A DNA stretch of 64,000 bases. Source: Schizochytrium sp. TIO01 (taxonomy: Eukaryota; Protista; Bigyra: Labyrinthulomycetes). Positions 23,701 to 33,419 of the stretch are shown piece by piece. How positions within the stretch are numbered: position 1 is the stretch's first letter; each line of letters begins with the position of its first letter. The stretch lies in assembly GCA_004764695.1 (NCBI GenBank), contig SMSO01000031.1, positions 6,678,761 to 6,742,760 on the forward strand, written 5' to 3'. The notes below the pieces were generated by a model. It ran no database searches and was not told the DNA's origin. It saw only the letters and a program-made list of their open reading frames with translations. A program made the position numbers and the translations under genes.

Positions 23701-24938
23701 TTGTTGACGCCGCAATGAAAGGTGACCTGGCGAAAGTAAAGAGACTTCTTAAGTCTGTTCTGAACGAAGTGGAGAAGGTCAAACAGCTTGATAAAGACAA
23801 AACATGTGATAAGAGTGGCGAACGTGTCTCGAAGCAAATGGGCACACCATCCTATAATAGCTCCGCAACTTCTAGCGCTTACCAAACTGAGAAGGATGCA
23901 GCACGTCGTCGCCTAGGAATAAATCGTATGTGTTCGTCACCTGGTCTTGAACATGACCAAACACTTGCAGAACGACGCAAGGTTCGTCAACACCAGCGCA
24001 TGCTACGGACGTGCCTTGATGCGCGCAGTTCTTCAGGTATGACCGCCTTGATGTGGGCAAGTCGCAATGGTCATGATGATATTGTTGATTATCTGATCAA
24101 GTCTGGTGCTAATATTAAATTGAAAGCACAGGGTATTTCTGCTTTAATATTTGCTGTAGAATCTGGGCATGTTGGATGTGTCAAACTCCTTTTAAATGCA
24201 GGTGCAAACCCAATGGACCGCACATCCGATGATGATTCCTCACTGCTTTGCGCGTGTTCCTTCGGATTTGATGATGTGGCAAAGGTATTAATTGGTGCTG
24301 GTGCGTCTGCACTCGAGGCTCTTGTGGTTTCCTGCGTGCAAGGTAAAAATGCAACCGTCCGATCACTCGTAGAAGCTGACCTGGTGGATGTAAATACGGT
24401 ATGGGAAGATCTCATGGTTACTCCTTTGGCTGGAGCCTGCGTCGCGGGCCACCTCTCTACTGTGCGTTTGCTGCTGGCTCTTGGTGCTGACCCGAATATC
24501 CCTATAGATGTAGAGTATGGCTCAACCCCTCTCATGCTCGCAAGTCATATGGGAAATCTAGAAGTAGTGCAAAGCATCCTTGATGCTGGAGCGGATGTTC
24601 ATGCCCGCGCACCTCCTTCATCTCAGTGCGCACTGACACATGGAAAGGATTCAACTGCAATCTCTATGGCAAAGAAAAATAACAATCTCGAGGTTGAGCT
24701 GCTGTTGCGCTCCCGCGGTGCAAAACAATATGTTCCGGTTGATCTTGAGTTTTATGAATGGCTTGGTGGACAAGTTCGATACCCGGACCGTGCACCTGAT
24801 TTTGAACAGCGTCGTAGATCTGGTGTCCAGTTCAAGACGCTCATGCTTGAGGATCCTTATTTCCATCGAATTGATCTTCGTATGTGGCAATTCCTCGGTG
24901 GCCGTACCCAAGGCGAAGCGGCCTGGGATCTCCAATAA
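20742..24938 (+). CDS. NACHT (STAND NTPase) protein with C-terminal ankyrin repeats, NLR-like
   Basis: Walker A GGPSCGKT, Walker B LFLDGLDE, sensor-1 IIVTSR, SPLTL, winged-helix FLHITLQEHLCA. Ankyrins include GMTALMWASRNGHDDIVDYLIKSGAN and GSTPLMLASHMGNLEVVQSILDAGAD. First ATG is at 20742. Confidence 0.88.
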   Translation: MSRVKSHLIEQALCEVVAKHSTYVDPFSCQHLQITEHGEKIVVTIDKDSAVAREGTILPNPRNAQQKNLDQDVAFHAEDYLAPVFFEIALKLLPNEFDFRMNRRILLVGGPSCGKTMLVKHMAVLCATKQDIPRGHKADAFVPLVLSIADLTKFIDMHDLTAEDDILLAYFQSKYSSEISRAKLAMNLICTCHAWLFLDGLDEAASPKSLEILVKFLDHLTLVAPNLRIIVTSRHGAEESIHRLALIHMGFTRLRMRPLTTDLAETMLSKRLCGNPGSVLFPHQGRLPDWLRSEIRRPVYKLFRKSPLTLILLVNVLQDLDRENGAVSVYCPPPLLSPANMLTPPSIGSEGRSAMTSPLLSTSTTSSASASVDSQTESPSDFGFAYEQKESLRIEDISKGDHGASSKVGLHLSLPGATSSPSHGSKPKLGALATTPSYGGTLGYSHNFAHHNSSWQVNETAYHTSANDEEGDNNRMDNDGGEENEETAEERRAHDAAVEAHYKQSCPGITLKPPFSRVDLLRRALIKLLNLQPVERRNKTTCSSPMNRSPILSPYNSSRSIKLFPESGLSLEMPSNLLKNFDEVDPNLLELLQLAAYITHDRNTRELRLNDLRVAASESSDPAGGERALNKLLKRIESNEVPLFTIEDREDYLDEETLEQRMHQQPRAAFVATGSPDELKRKGIMMFLHITLQEHLCAEYIANNLLNVLEKSRPQANVRENLINEEESTGGKLQSGQENITAGSQNRRWSRQRSRSIVVPERGLRRYGSSTPRVRRSSVPETRNHELLDINKLPEVRARIKSEVERLLLGHFRPESFRVNQEWWQPVILLVFDLLAEQGPPAVKCGGLFDIVLDIIVESCRRLMTLQFGEVPTALSSFWLAAAAHGNVRVVKGMIQIMGAQVLLQSVNADQNNALHLAAINNQPEIIKLLMAEENVDPDYLDRNNEHGWDPSNMAMIFNHTYCFRLLCYTDGDKVAETCNPRRRPDFVDAAMKGDLAKVKRLLKSVLNEVEKVKQLDKDKTCDKSGERVSKQMGTPSYNSSATSSAYQTEKDAARRRLGINRMCSSPGLEHDQTLAERRKVRQHQRMLRTCLDARSSSGMTALMWASRNGHDDIVDYLIKSGANIKLKAQGISALIFAVESGHVGCVKLLLNAGANPMDRTSDDDSSLLCACSFGFDDVAKVLIGAGASALEALVVSCVQGKNATVRSLVEADLVDVNTVWEDLMVTPLAGACVAGHLSTVRLLLALGADPNIPIDVEYGSTPLMLASHMGNLEVVQSILDAGADVHARAPPSSQCALTHGKDSTAISMAKKNNNLEVELLLRSRGAKQYVPVDLEFYEWLGGQVRYPDRAPDFEQRRRSGVQFKTLMLEDPYFHRIDLRMWQFLGGRTQGEAAWDLQ

Positions 24939-25951
24939 TTTACTAGTATCATAAATTATGTTTCTATATAACATTACAGTACTGTTTTGCTTCATTCAGC
25001 AAAGCAGAAACTTTAAAGAATTTGTACCAGTGCCATTTAATATTGTAAAACTTAACATTGTGAAGTAAATGCAGCTTCGTTCATTGATCTCATCAGTTGT
25101 GACAATATGACAATATCATAATCTTCTTACGTTTTGAATATAATTACGCTACCGCATAGCTCAACTTCGCACTAGGTAGTAAGTAGGCAGTTGAAATTAG
25201 GGTGTTCAATCTTTCTCATCATACTAAACAGCCTGCTTCTTCACTTGAGGAATAAATTGAGGTGATGAATTGAATTTATTCATGCCTTCTAATCCCATAG
25301 GATTAATTGTAGAGAACTTTTAAAGAACACAAATAAAAAGAACGAGAACTAATAGTAGCTATCTCAGATTAGTACTTTAGTTTGACTTGAGCTTCTAACC
25401 TACTTTAGACATAGTAGTGGTTATTTTCAGTCTGCTCGCACGCCTTCAAAGGTCCACAATGGCCAGCAATTTGCTTTGAGTTGCAGAGCAAACGTGAGCA
25501 AAGAGATTGTTCAGATCAACGGAAACATATAGTACAAGGCCACTCCAAAGCACGAGTTTCCCGCTTCTTGAGTTGTATTCAGTGTTTGTACTTTTGCGCT
25601 TCATTCCTGAGATCAGTCACGAGTGGAGTGGTGTTGAAGTATCGGAGCTAGCGCTGCCGAAAGCAGGATCCAAACGTAGCCCTGGCGGATGCGGGGGCTT
25701 TTGACTCGTGGTTGGGCATTTATTGTATTAGCACAGTGATTAGGTTTACCCAAGAAAGCAACACAAAACACAAAACGTACCAAGTGTCGAATTTTTGGGA
25801 CCAAGGATTCAGCGTCATTTATCAGCAGACCTTACTAAATCTCTCAAGAGTTTGTGACAAGCGAAGCGTAGAAACGGGATCATTTGTTGAAAAACAAGAA
25901 CCTTGTAGACATTGTTTGATCTTCACGAGAGAAGTGCTGACAGAAGTTTGA

Positions 25952-28168
25952 ATGATATTAAAACCTCTCCCAGAACCCGCTAAGCACCAAACAACTCTCA
26001 AAGTCACTATGTGGCAAGACTTCATGCACGTAGACCCGTGCAAGGGGCGCTTGCTGACTGGTGAGAGTGAAGACGAATCTTTCACGTGGCTGGAGTTATA
26101 CTCTTCGTTAGCGTTCATGATTTCGCTCTGGGTTGTAGGAAAGTTAGCAAGCCTTGTCAAGGCACCACCACTTGTGGGCCAGATTATAATTGGTATGATT
26201 CTCGGCCCTAACTTGGTGGATTTCGTTCCTAAAGTCAGTGCTTGGAAACTAGTTGGCGAGGTTGGCTTGATGTTACTTGTGATTGAAGCAGGGCTTGAGG
26301 TCGATTTAGAAATGCTTCGGCTCATTGGTCTTCGAGGTGCTCTCGTGGCTGTGCTAGGTAGCATGGTACCTTTTGCGCTAGGTAACCTCATTGGTTCACA
26401 AATCCTTGGATTAGACATGAAAGCAAGTTTCGTTCTTGGTGCTTCACTGTCCCCAACGAGTATGGGTATTTCTCTATCAGTCTTGCGAGCTAGCAAATTA
26501 CTCAATGCTCCAACTGGACAACTTATTATTGCAGCGGCTGTTTTAGATGATATTTTGGCATTAGTTTTATTGTCAGAGCTGGGAGCTCTGCAAGACCCTA
26601 CACCATGGAATTTCATAAAGCCTGTGTTTAGTGCTTTGATGCTGTTGCTGGGATTTGGAGTCCTTGCAATTTTTGTCATTCCGCCAATTCTTAACCGTTT
26701 GGTGTTTCCCAACATTCGACGAGAATATGAAGAGAGCTTTGCACTAGGACTACTTCTTCTTGTCGCGATGGGTCTAGCTCCAGCGGCTCATGCAAGTGGT
26801 GGAAGCTATTTACTGGGTTGCTTTATTTCGGGTGTTTCTTTCTGCACTTCTGCGCAAGTAAAAACGGCCTGGACGACCCAAGTCAAACGGATTCTTGCAT
26901 GGCTTTTGCGCATATTTTTTGGGTGTTCGATTGCTTTTGAGGTACCTGTACGCTCCTTTGCATCTGCTGTTGTTGTGAGAAACGCATTTCTCTTCCTGAT
27001 AGCCCTCTTTGGGAAAATTGCGACATGTATTTGGGCACGACCTTTGAATAAATTCAACGCGATGGTTATTGCTGCAGCTATGTGTGCTTTAGGCGAGTTT
27101 GCGTTTATTGTTGTGGTCAATGCTCGACAACAAGGATATATTGAAGACGACCTGGCTGCGAGTATCATTCTAACCATCTTGTTATGCATTTTGGGAGCCC
27201 CGACATGTTTACGTCTAATCATTGTGTACTTCACCCGTAAAGCAGAGGAAGCTGTGAGCAAAGCTCGTGATGAGACTTCTGAGGGAGCTCAAGGAAGTCC
27301 GCCACTGTACTATTTTGTGCAGACACGATGTTCGGGGAGTGTCGGGCTACAAGATCGTGTCTTACGAGCAATCTTACAACCAAACATCGAGATTGTTGAT
27401 ATTCGTTCATTCCATCCCCGCATCAACGACTGTAATGTGGAAATAATCTATGAAGCGTTTTTGTGTGACCATGGGATGCACCTTCCGGCACTGCGATATC
27501 GTGTGCCGAACCCTGATGAGGAGGATAAGATACGTACAAGACTGCACCAAATCTACGAACTAGTCTATAATGCGCTGCGGGATCCTCACCATGGAGTCGT
27601 AAGAGTAGGGCGCTGGTACGCTGGGATTCGATGTGAGGATGACAATGAAGTTGCTGTGAAAGCAGCCTTTGATTTAGCAGGCAAAATTATGGAGGCACGC
27701 CACGAAGACTACGATATATCTGTGACACGCAATGGGCAGTCAGACCAAGAGTATGGTCTGGGCGGATTCGTGCATCGTCAAATTCACGATATTGACTTTT
27801 TAGGAAATGATGATAAAAACAATAGCAGTTCCAGTCTCAGTGGCTCTAAGAATCTTAAAAAATCGAATTCGACTGAGTGTAGCCAAGGTACATGCCCACT
27901 CACAAACACATGTACTTCTACTGAAAGTCATAAGTCTATGCCAATTTCTGCGTTTTCTTCTGCAAATCCTAGTGCGAACAATAGACACCACCACGCTAAT
28001 GAGCCTTTTGATGAAGGTCCAGGGTTACTAGAGATATACCCATATGGAGCTTATGACGGAACCCAGGATTGTGAAGGATTTGCGCATTCAAGTACAACTC
28101 AAGTTGAAGAAGAATTGCATGCATGCCCTGACACAAGCAAAGAGACAGCGGCGCTACAGAAGATATAG
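25952..28168 (+). CDS. CPA2 family (KefB-like) cation/H+ antiporter with C-terminal ACT-like domain
   Basis: About 12 hydrophobic segments with motifs PPLVGQIIIGMILGP, EAGLEVD, SPTSMGI, AAAVLDDI and GEFAFI, followed by a soluble C-terminal region. Confidence 0.88.
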   Translation: MILKPLPEPAKHQTTLKVTMWQDFMHVDPCKGRLLTGESEDESFTWLELYSSLAFMISLWVVGKLASLVKAPPLVGQIIIGMILGPNLVDFVPKVSAWKLVGEVGLMLLVIEAGLEVDLEMLRLIGLRGALVAVLGSMVPFALGNLIGSQILGLDMKASFVLGASLSPTSMGISLSVLRASKLLNAPTGQLIIAAAVLDDILALVLLSELGALQDPTPWNFIKPVFSALMLLLGFGVLAIFVIPPILNRLVFPNIRREYEESFALGLLLLVAMGLAPAAHASGGSYLLGCFISGVSFCTSAQVKTAWTTQVKRILAWLLRIFFGCSIAFEVPVRSFASAVVVRNAFLFLIALFGKIATCIWARPLNKFNAMVIAAAMCALGEFAFIVVVNARQQGYIEDDLAASIILTILLCILGAPTCLRLIIVYFTRKAEEAVSKARDETSEGAQGSPPLYYFVQTRCSGSVGLQDRVLRAILQPNIEIVDIRSFHPRINDCNVEIIYEAFLCDHGMHLPALRYRVPNPDEEDKIRTRLHQIYELVYNALRDPHHGVVRVGRWYAGIRCEDDNEVAVKAAFDLAGKIMEARHEDYDISVTRNGQSDQEYGLGGFVHRQIHDIDFLGNDDKNNSSSSLSGSKNLKKSNSTECSQGTCPLTNTCTSTESHKSMPISAFSSANPSANNRHHHANEPFDEGPGLLEIYPYGAYDGTQDCEGFAHSSTTQVEEELHACPDTSKETAALQKI

Positions 28169-30181
28169 TTAAAATTGATTATCAGTATATTACAGTCGAC
28201 CATGAAATTATAATAATATTAAAAAACAAAAACAAAAAAAAAAGGTAAGTGCTTGCCTACTCTAAAGTCCAGGCATTTTTCTTAATGAAAACCCAAGCTT
28301 CTGTCAAAAGTGGTAGGTTGCGTATGCCCTTCGGTTCACGGTTGGGTTTTGCAAAAGCTTATCCAAACAATATTATCAAATATTAGGCTAAAAGAGTATT
28401 CCTGCCCAATCAATGCGTCTCACGGACATGCACAATGAGTGTTCTACCCTTGTGGATTACAGCGAGCATTGGAACAGTTACTTCTAGTGTATTCTTTCTT
28501 TCAAAGACGCGATTTGCAGGGAGAACAATCTTTCGATGTGAATAGTCGTATTATTGTCGATTATGCTAACTATACATTGGTTATTTTAAACAGGCAAAGC
28601 TGTTACAAATAACTTGATTTGTGATATTTCCAGAGCTGGTCTTTAAAGCAAACTGTACTTAGCATACACATATATGTCACATGCCTACAGCCTCGCGATT
28701 TCCCATGTAGCGTTTTAAATTTATGAATATTGCGTTATCTATCCCCAGGTTATACTATTAGTCTTTTTACTTCTAGTCGCATCTGTTTGAGTTTCCGCTC
28801 TCAACTCTGAATAGCCACAGTTAGCTTCCCTCTTTTTGATGATAATGGAGCACTTGGAAATCAGTGATGACGCGATTTTGGCTAGACGGAGGTCTTGGAA
28901 GCGGTGCGAAAGTTATCTTAAGGAAGTTCGTGGGCCGTGGGCCATGGCCCAGCAGATGCGCTTGCGACGGTAATTGGTGGCCCGCCGAACAAATGATAAA
29001 AATAGCATTTTCCACAACATCTGCACGAGCTTGCATAGTCCTGCAATGAATCATAGAGACCAATTGCCATTGGCAAATGTTTTTGAATGCAAACTATTTT
29101 ATGGCATGGCAAAGTAGTGCACCCGGAATTGATTTTGGTATAGGCCTAAAAAATATACTTTTGCATTAATTAAACTTTTATTATCAAAAACATTTTTCAT
29201 TAAACAAATAAAAAACAAATAAACATAATTATATTATATTTAAGACTCCAAATAACAGTATCAGTATCACTATTTTATATATTACTAAGCAGTATTGTTT
29301 TTATAATTAAAAAGGATTATAAATGATTGTGAGACTTCTGATACCAAATCACAAGCCCGACGAGGAAATTAAGCCATAACTATCAAATTGATTAGCGGGG
29401 CCAATAGTTTTCTTTTAGACTCTTTTACCCTAATGCAAATGGCAGGTTTGCAACAGAAGGGAGGAATTTGTAGCGCCGAGATTGGATCGGTGATTGATTC
29501 TCGAATTAAAAGAAAGGAAACAAATCGTGAAAACACTCCAAGTTGAAAATAAAAAGTAAAAGAATAGATAAAAGAAAGAAAGAGCGATGGAAGGAAAGAG
29601 AAGCAAATCGCACCGAATTGGTGCAAATGTCTTCCTTTTGACCTTCCTAGAAATGGGCAAGTACAAGATCATACTAGCCTTCGAAAAAACGAATCAAGAA
29701 GTTGAAGGTCTTGCAAACACACGGAATTTGATCGATTGAACAACGCGAGACATGGAGTGATTCGAAAAATCAGTTAAAAAAAAGGTAAGCAAGTAAGTTA
29801 GTTATGTGTTTGTTTTGTTTGGGTATGGAGGAGGTTCGTAAGTCTGGGGAAATACGAGGGTAAAAAGATGTTATCAGCAGCGAAAGACATGTTAGCTCAT
29901 TTGGCCTGCTTGACGCACCTAAGGAACCAAGCTTTATAAAAATTCAGCTCAAGAGTCCCATGGAGAGATAGCAAGGTGCAATGTGCGTCATCGACCTGAG
30001 GGGGAGTAAACATAAGAAACAAATTTAATCTCCTCATGTGCCAGAGGCATAAGCGATCAGATGATAGCAGTAGTCATGATGCACCTTCGCTGCTGAAGAT
30101 TGGAAAATACACTCTACGTTCTCTTGCGATCCATTGTGGATACGACATGAAAACGGTGGGGGTGACTTGAGATATAAAAAA

Positions 30182-30211
<30 letters not shown>
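30182..30211 (+). repeat. G30 homopolymer (C30 in the 3' region of the succinyl-CoA ligase transcript)
   Basis: 30 consecutive G about 60 bp past the stop codon. Confidence 0.9.
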
Positions 30212-30212
<1 letters not shown>

Positions 30213-30272
30213 GATGACAAGACGAGTCTGAAAGAAAAAATCACACGAAGGTAGCGGAGGAATTCCTAGCAC

Positions 30273-31556
30273 TTAGGCCTCAGCAGCGAGCTTAACGGCG
30301 GTCGCGGCAGCATCGTCGAGGTCATCAATAATGATGGCCTTCACATCAGATTTGTCGAGGATTTCGCGGGCCTTCTCCACGTTGGTGCCACGAAGACGGA
30401 CAACAAGCGGCTTGGCAAGGCCGATCTCCTTAGCGGCGGCAACCATACCCTCAGCAATGATGTCACAGCGCATGATTCCACCGAAGATGTTGACAAGGAT
30501 GGACTTGACCTTCTTGTCAGAGTCAAGAATCTCAAAAGCCTTGAGCACGGCATCCTTGGTGGCACCACCACCAAGATCGAGGAAGTTGCTGGCACTGCCG
30601 CCGTGGAGAGTGACGATGTCAAGAGTGCTCATGGCGAGACCAGCACCGTTGACCATGCATCCGACGGATCCGTCAAGACCAATGTAGTTGAGGCCGTACT
30701 TGGAGGCCTCAACCTCGCGGGGGTCCTCCTGGGTGCGGTCACGGAACTCAAAAATCTTTTTCTGGCGGAACTCTGCGTTGTCGTCGAAGTTGAGCTTGGC
30801 GTCAGAGCAGAAGACGTCACCGCTCTGGGTCTCAGCGAGCGGGTTGATCTCGACGAGGGTGCAGTCGCACTTAAGGAAGAGGTTGTAGAGGGAGCGAATG
30901 GTGTGAGCAGCCTTGGCGTGGGCCTTACCCTCAAAACCGAGGTTGCGGGCAAGACGCTCGACCTGCTCATCCTGAAGGCCGCTCATGATGTCAATCTTCT
31001 CAGTGAAGATCTTCTCCGGGGTCTCTTCGGCAACATCCTCAATGTTCATACCACCGGCGGGGGAGCCAACGAGGGTGACACCAACGTGGGAGCGGTCGAG
31101 GAGGATGCTGAAGTAAGTCTCGCGCTTGATGTTGAGGCGCTCCATGAGGAGAACACGGTTGCAGGGCTTGCCAGCCTCGCCGGTCTGCTTGGTGACAAGG
31201 AGCTGGCCGAGCATCTTGCTGGCAACCTCCTTGGCCTCCTCGCCCTTGGAGATCATCTGGACACCACCCTGGTATCCGTTCTTGAAGTGGCCACGGCCAC
31301 GGCCACCAGCGAGAACCTGGGCCTTAAGGACGGCATCCTTGCCGAGCTCACCACTCTCGAAAATCTTCTGAGCCTCCTCCGGGGTGTCGGCGTACTTGTT
31401 CTTGGGAACAGGCACGTCGAACTCGCTCATGACCTGCATACTAGCGTACTCATGGATGTTGAGGTTGCGCTTCTGGGTCTTGCGGAGAAGCTGTGCGCTG
31501 CGCGCGGGGCGGCCGGCCTTGGTGGCCATGCGCGAAAATCCCATGAGGCCAGACAT
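30273..31556 (-). CDS. SUCLA2: Mitochondrial succinyl-CoA ligase beta subunit (ADP/GDP specificity not determined)
   Basis: Transit peptide, then LNIHEY, KAQVLAGGRGRG, EINPL, DAKLNFDDNAEFRQ, GCMVNGAGLAM, NFLDLGGG, NIFGGIMRCD and RLRGTN. Confidence 0.96.
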   Translation of the reverse strand: MSGLMGFSRMATKAGRPARSAQLLRKTQKRNLNIHEYASMQVMSEFDVPVPKNKYADTPEEAQKIFESGELGKDAVLKAQVLAGGRGRGHFKNGYQGGVQMISKGEEAKEVASKMLGQLLVTKQTGEAGKPCNRVLLMERLNIKRETYFSILLDRSHVGVTLVGSPAGGMNIEDVAEETPEKIFTEKIDIMSGLQDEQVERLARNLGFEGKAHAKAAHTIRSLYNLFLKCDCTLVEINPLAETQSGDVFCSDAKLNFDDNAEFRQKKIFEFRDRTQEDPREVEASKYGLNYIGLDGSVGCMVNGAGLAMSTLDIVTLHGGSASNFLDLGGGATKDAVLKAFEILDSDKKVKSILVNIFGGIMRCDIIAEGMVAAAKEIGLAKPLVVRLRGTNVEKAREILDKSDVKAIIIDDLDDAAATAVKLAAEA

Positions 31557-31646
31557 TGTCTTTAATGTAATGAGAGTATGTGATAACAGTATAATTCACG
31601 TGTGTTGCTATTGACTTCCACTCGAATCTGTCCGCTTGATACAGTT

Positions 31647-32775
31647 CTGTTGATTGAATCCGTACGTGCAAAAGCAATTACAGTTTTGTTTGTTGTTCAA
31701 TTCACCCGACCAGAACCAGAGAACCCAATATGTGTAAAGAACGGAGATAGGAAGAACAGAATAAAACAAAAAGAAACCAGAGCCGAAATATGTGAGGAAA
31801 AGGACCAAAAATAAATAGGAAGCAAAATGAGGCCCAGTTGGTGCAGGTAGAGTGCAAGAGAGACGGGTGCGAGAGACAGCAGATACAATTTTTACATCAC
31901 ATCGTCCGTATCGAAAAGAAATGGTGGTCCATTTCCATCGCATCATCGTCGTTACGGAGAGAGCACGCGCGCGAAGGGAAAACAGACGTCCATTCATTCA
32001 TTGGCAGAAAGGTCAAACAAATTGCCCAGCATCAGAAAGCACGCGAGGGACGTTGGTTGCGGGGCCACAGCAGATGTGCAGTTGAGCATGCATAAGGAAC
32101 AAAACGAATAGATAATGCATTCATAGAGAACAGCAAACGAACAAGAGGAAAAAATGTCAATCGAATGCGACCAGCAACGCCAGCGCAGCATCCATTTCAC
32201 CGTGAGCACAGTACCGGCCAAGGCAGGCAGTCAAAGAAGCGAGGGGAATGGCGGCGAGGGGAATGTCAGAGGTTCAATCAAACAGATGGTTCATTGACAG
32301 CGGGTAGAGAGAGAGACATGTTGCGTCCAGAGCAGCGACAGGAGGTTTGCATCACATAAATCGGGAAACAAACAACAACAGCAGCAGCATAATCATACAG
32401 AAAATTTATCCGAGTCACAGGGGTAGCAAAGGCCGCAGGCAACACGAGTGAAGGTCAGCACGCAGAGCAACATATCAACAAAACAGAAAGAAATTACAGC
32501 AAAAATAGCACGAGTTCACGTCAGTCATCATTTTCATCAACATAATATTTTCCCCATTATATCTATCTTTCTCTATTTATATAAATATATAAATATAGAT
32601 ATAATCATCAGTCTACCCCAACATCGCGTCAGTCCGTCGCCCGTCTCTTTTCGGTTTCTTTCTTTCATGCCTTCTCTTTCGCTCTTTCCCTGTGTCTGTC
32701 ATGCCCCCCACCGACCCGCACCCAATGCCAGTCGGGGTTGAGGGAACAAAAACGGGGGTGTAGTATGCACCTTAC
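31647..32775 (-). other. Probable long 5'UTR intron of the succinyl-CoA ligase beta gene, with a 914-nt AG-free 3' region (donor position uncertain)
   Basis: Acceptor TCAACAG| at 31647, 90 nt upstream of the ATG. No CT on the + strand between 31649 and 32562. Branch-like GATGACTGACG at 32529-32519. Donor candidates are GTAAGG 32775, GAG|GTGAGA 33077 and GTAAGC 33351. Confidence 0.7.
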
Positions 32776-33419
32776 TGTGAGAAAGGCCTTTCGCATCTCA
32801 GCAAGCTCAGACCTACGATTCTTTTGCTCCTTCGACCTTTCCGAGCGAGAGAGACAAAGTCGGAGATCGAAGAGCAAAGGAACAGGAAGAACCGGGCACG
32901 CAAGAACTAAGGGGAGCAAGCTGAGCCTGCGACTGCACGCACGCACAACGATCACAAAAAGAGCGACATGTGGACCATCATTTCGGTAGGTGCAGCAGAG
33001 ACTTGAAGAACCGAGTCAAAAGAAAAGAACAGGCTTTTTCAAAAAACCCATCTATCTTTTTTCGGATCCTTTCTCACCTCCAGGCCGACGCGCCCGAACA
33101 AATGAAACAAAACCCCAGGAGGAGAACGGACATTGCGCCGGTGCCGAGCGGCAGCAGCGCAGATCGGAGAGGACCCGCGCTACTGCCTGGAGCCTCGGGC
33201 AAGACCGTGTCTCTCCTTGACGCATTCTCGAAGCGAGGTTGAGCATTGCTCTTGATTTGTTCTTCGCTCGCCGCCGTTGAAGCATGGCTGTATTGCAGTG
33301 CAGTGCAGTTTCTGTTCCTGTTCTTAGTGCATGTTAACTTCGCTCGCTTACTTCTGCTTATTCATTTGTTTGTCAACACGCTGCTGTTCCCAAATTTCCT
33401 TTCCGCTGGTTTATTCAAC

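Noticed and set aside
25712-25954. In-frame upstream ORF ending TGA directly before the antiporter ATG (possible readthrough)
   Set aside because: No ATG start and no protein-like features; most likely coincidence.
30603-31565. 320-aa antisense ORF over succinyl-CoA ligase (similarly 25822-26715 and 51901-52641)
   Set aside because: Same antisense shadow effect.
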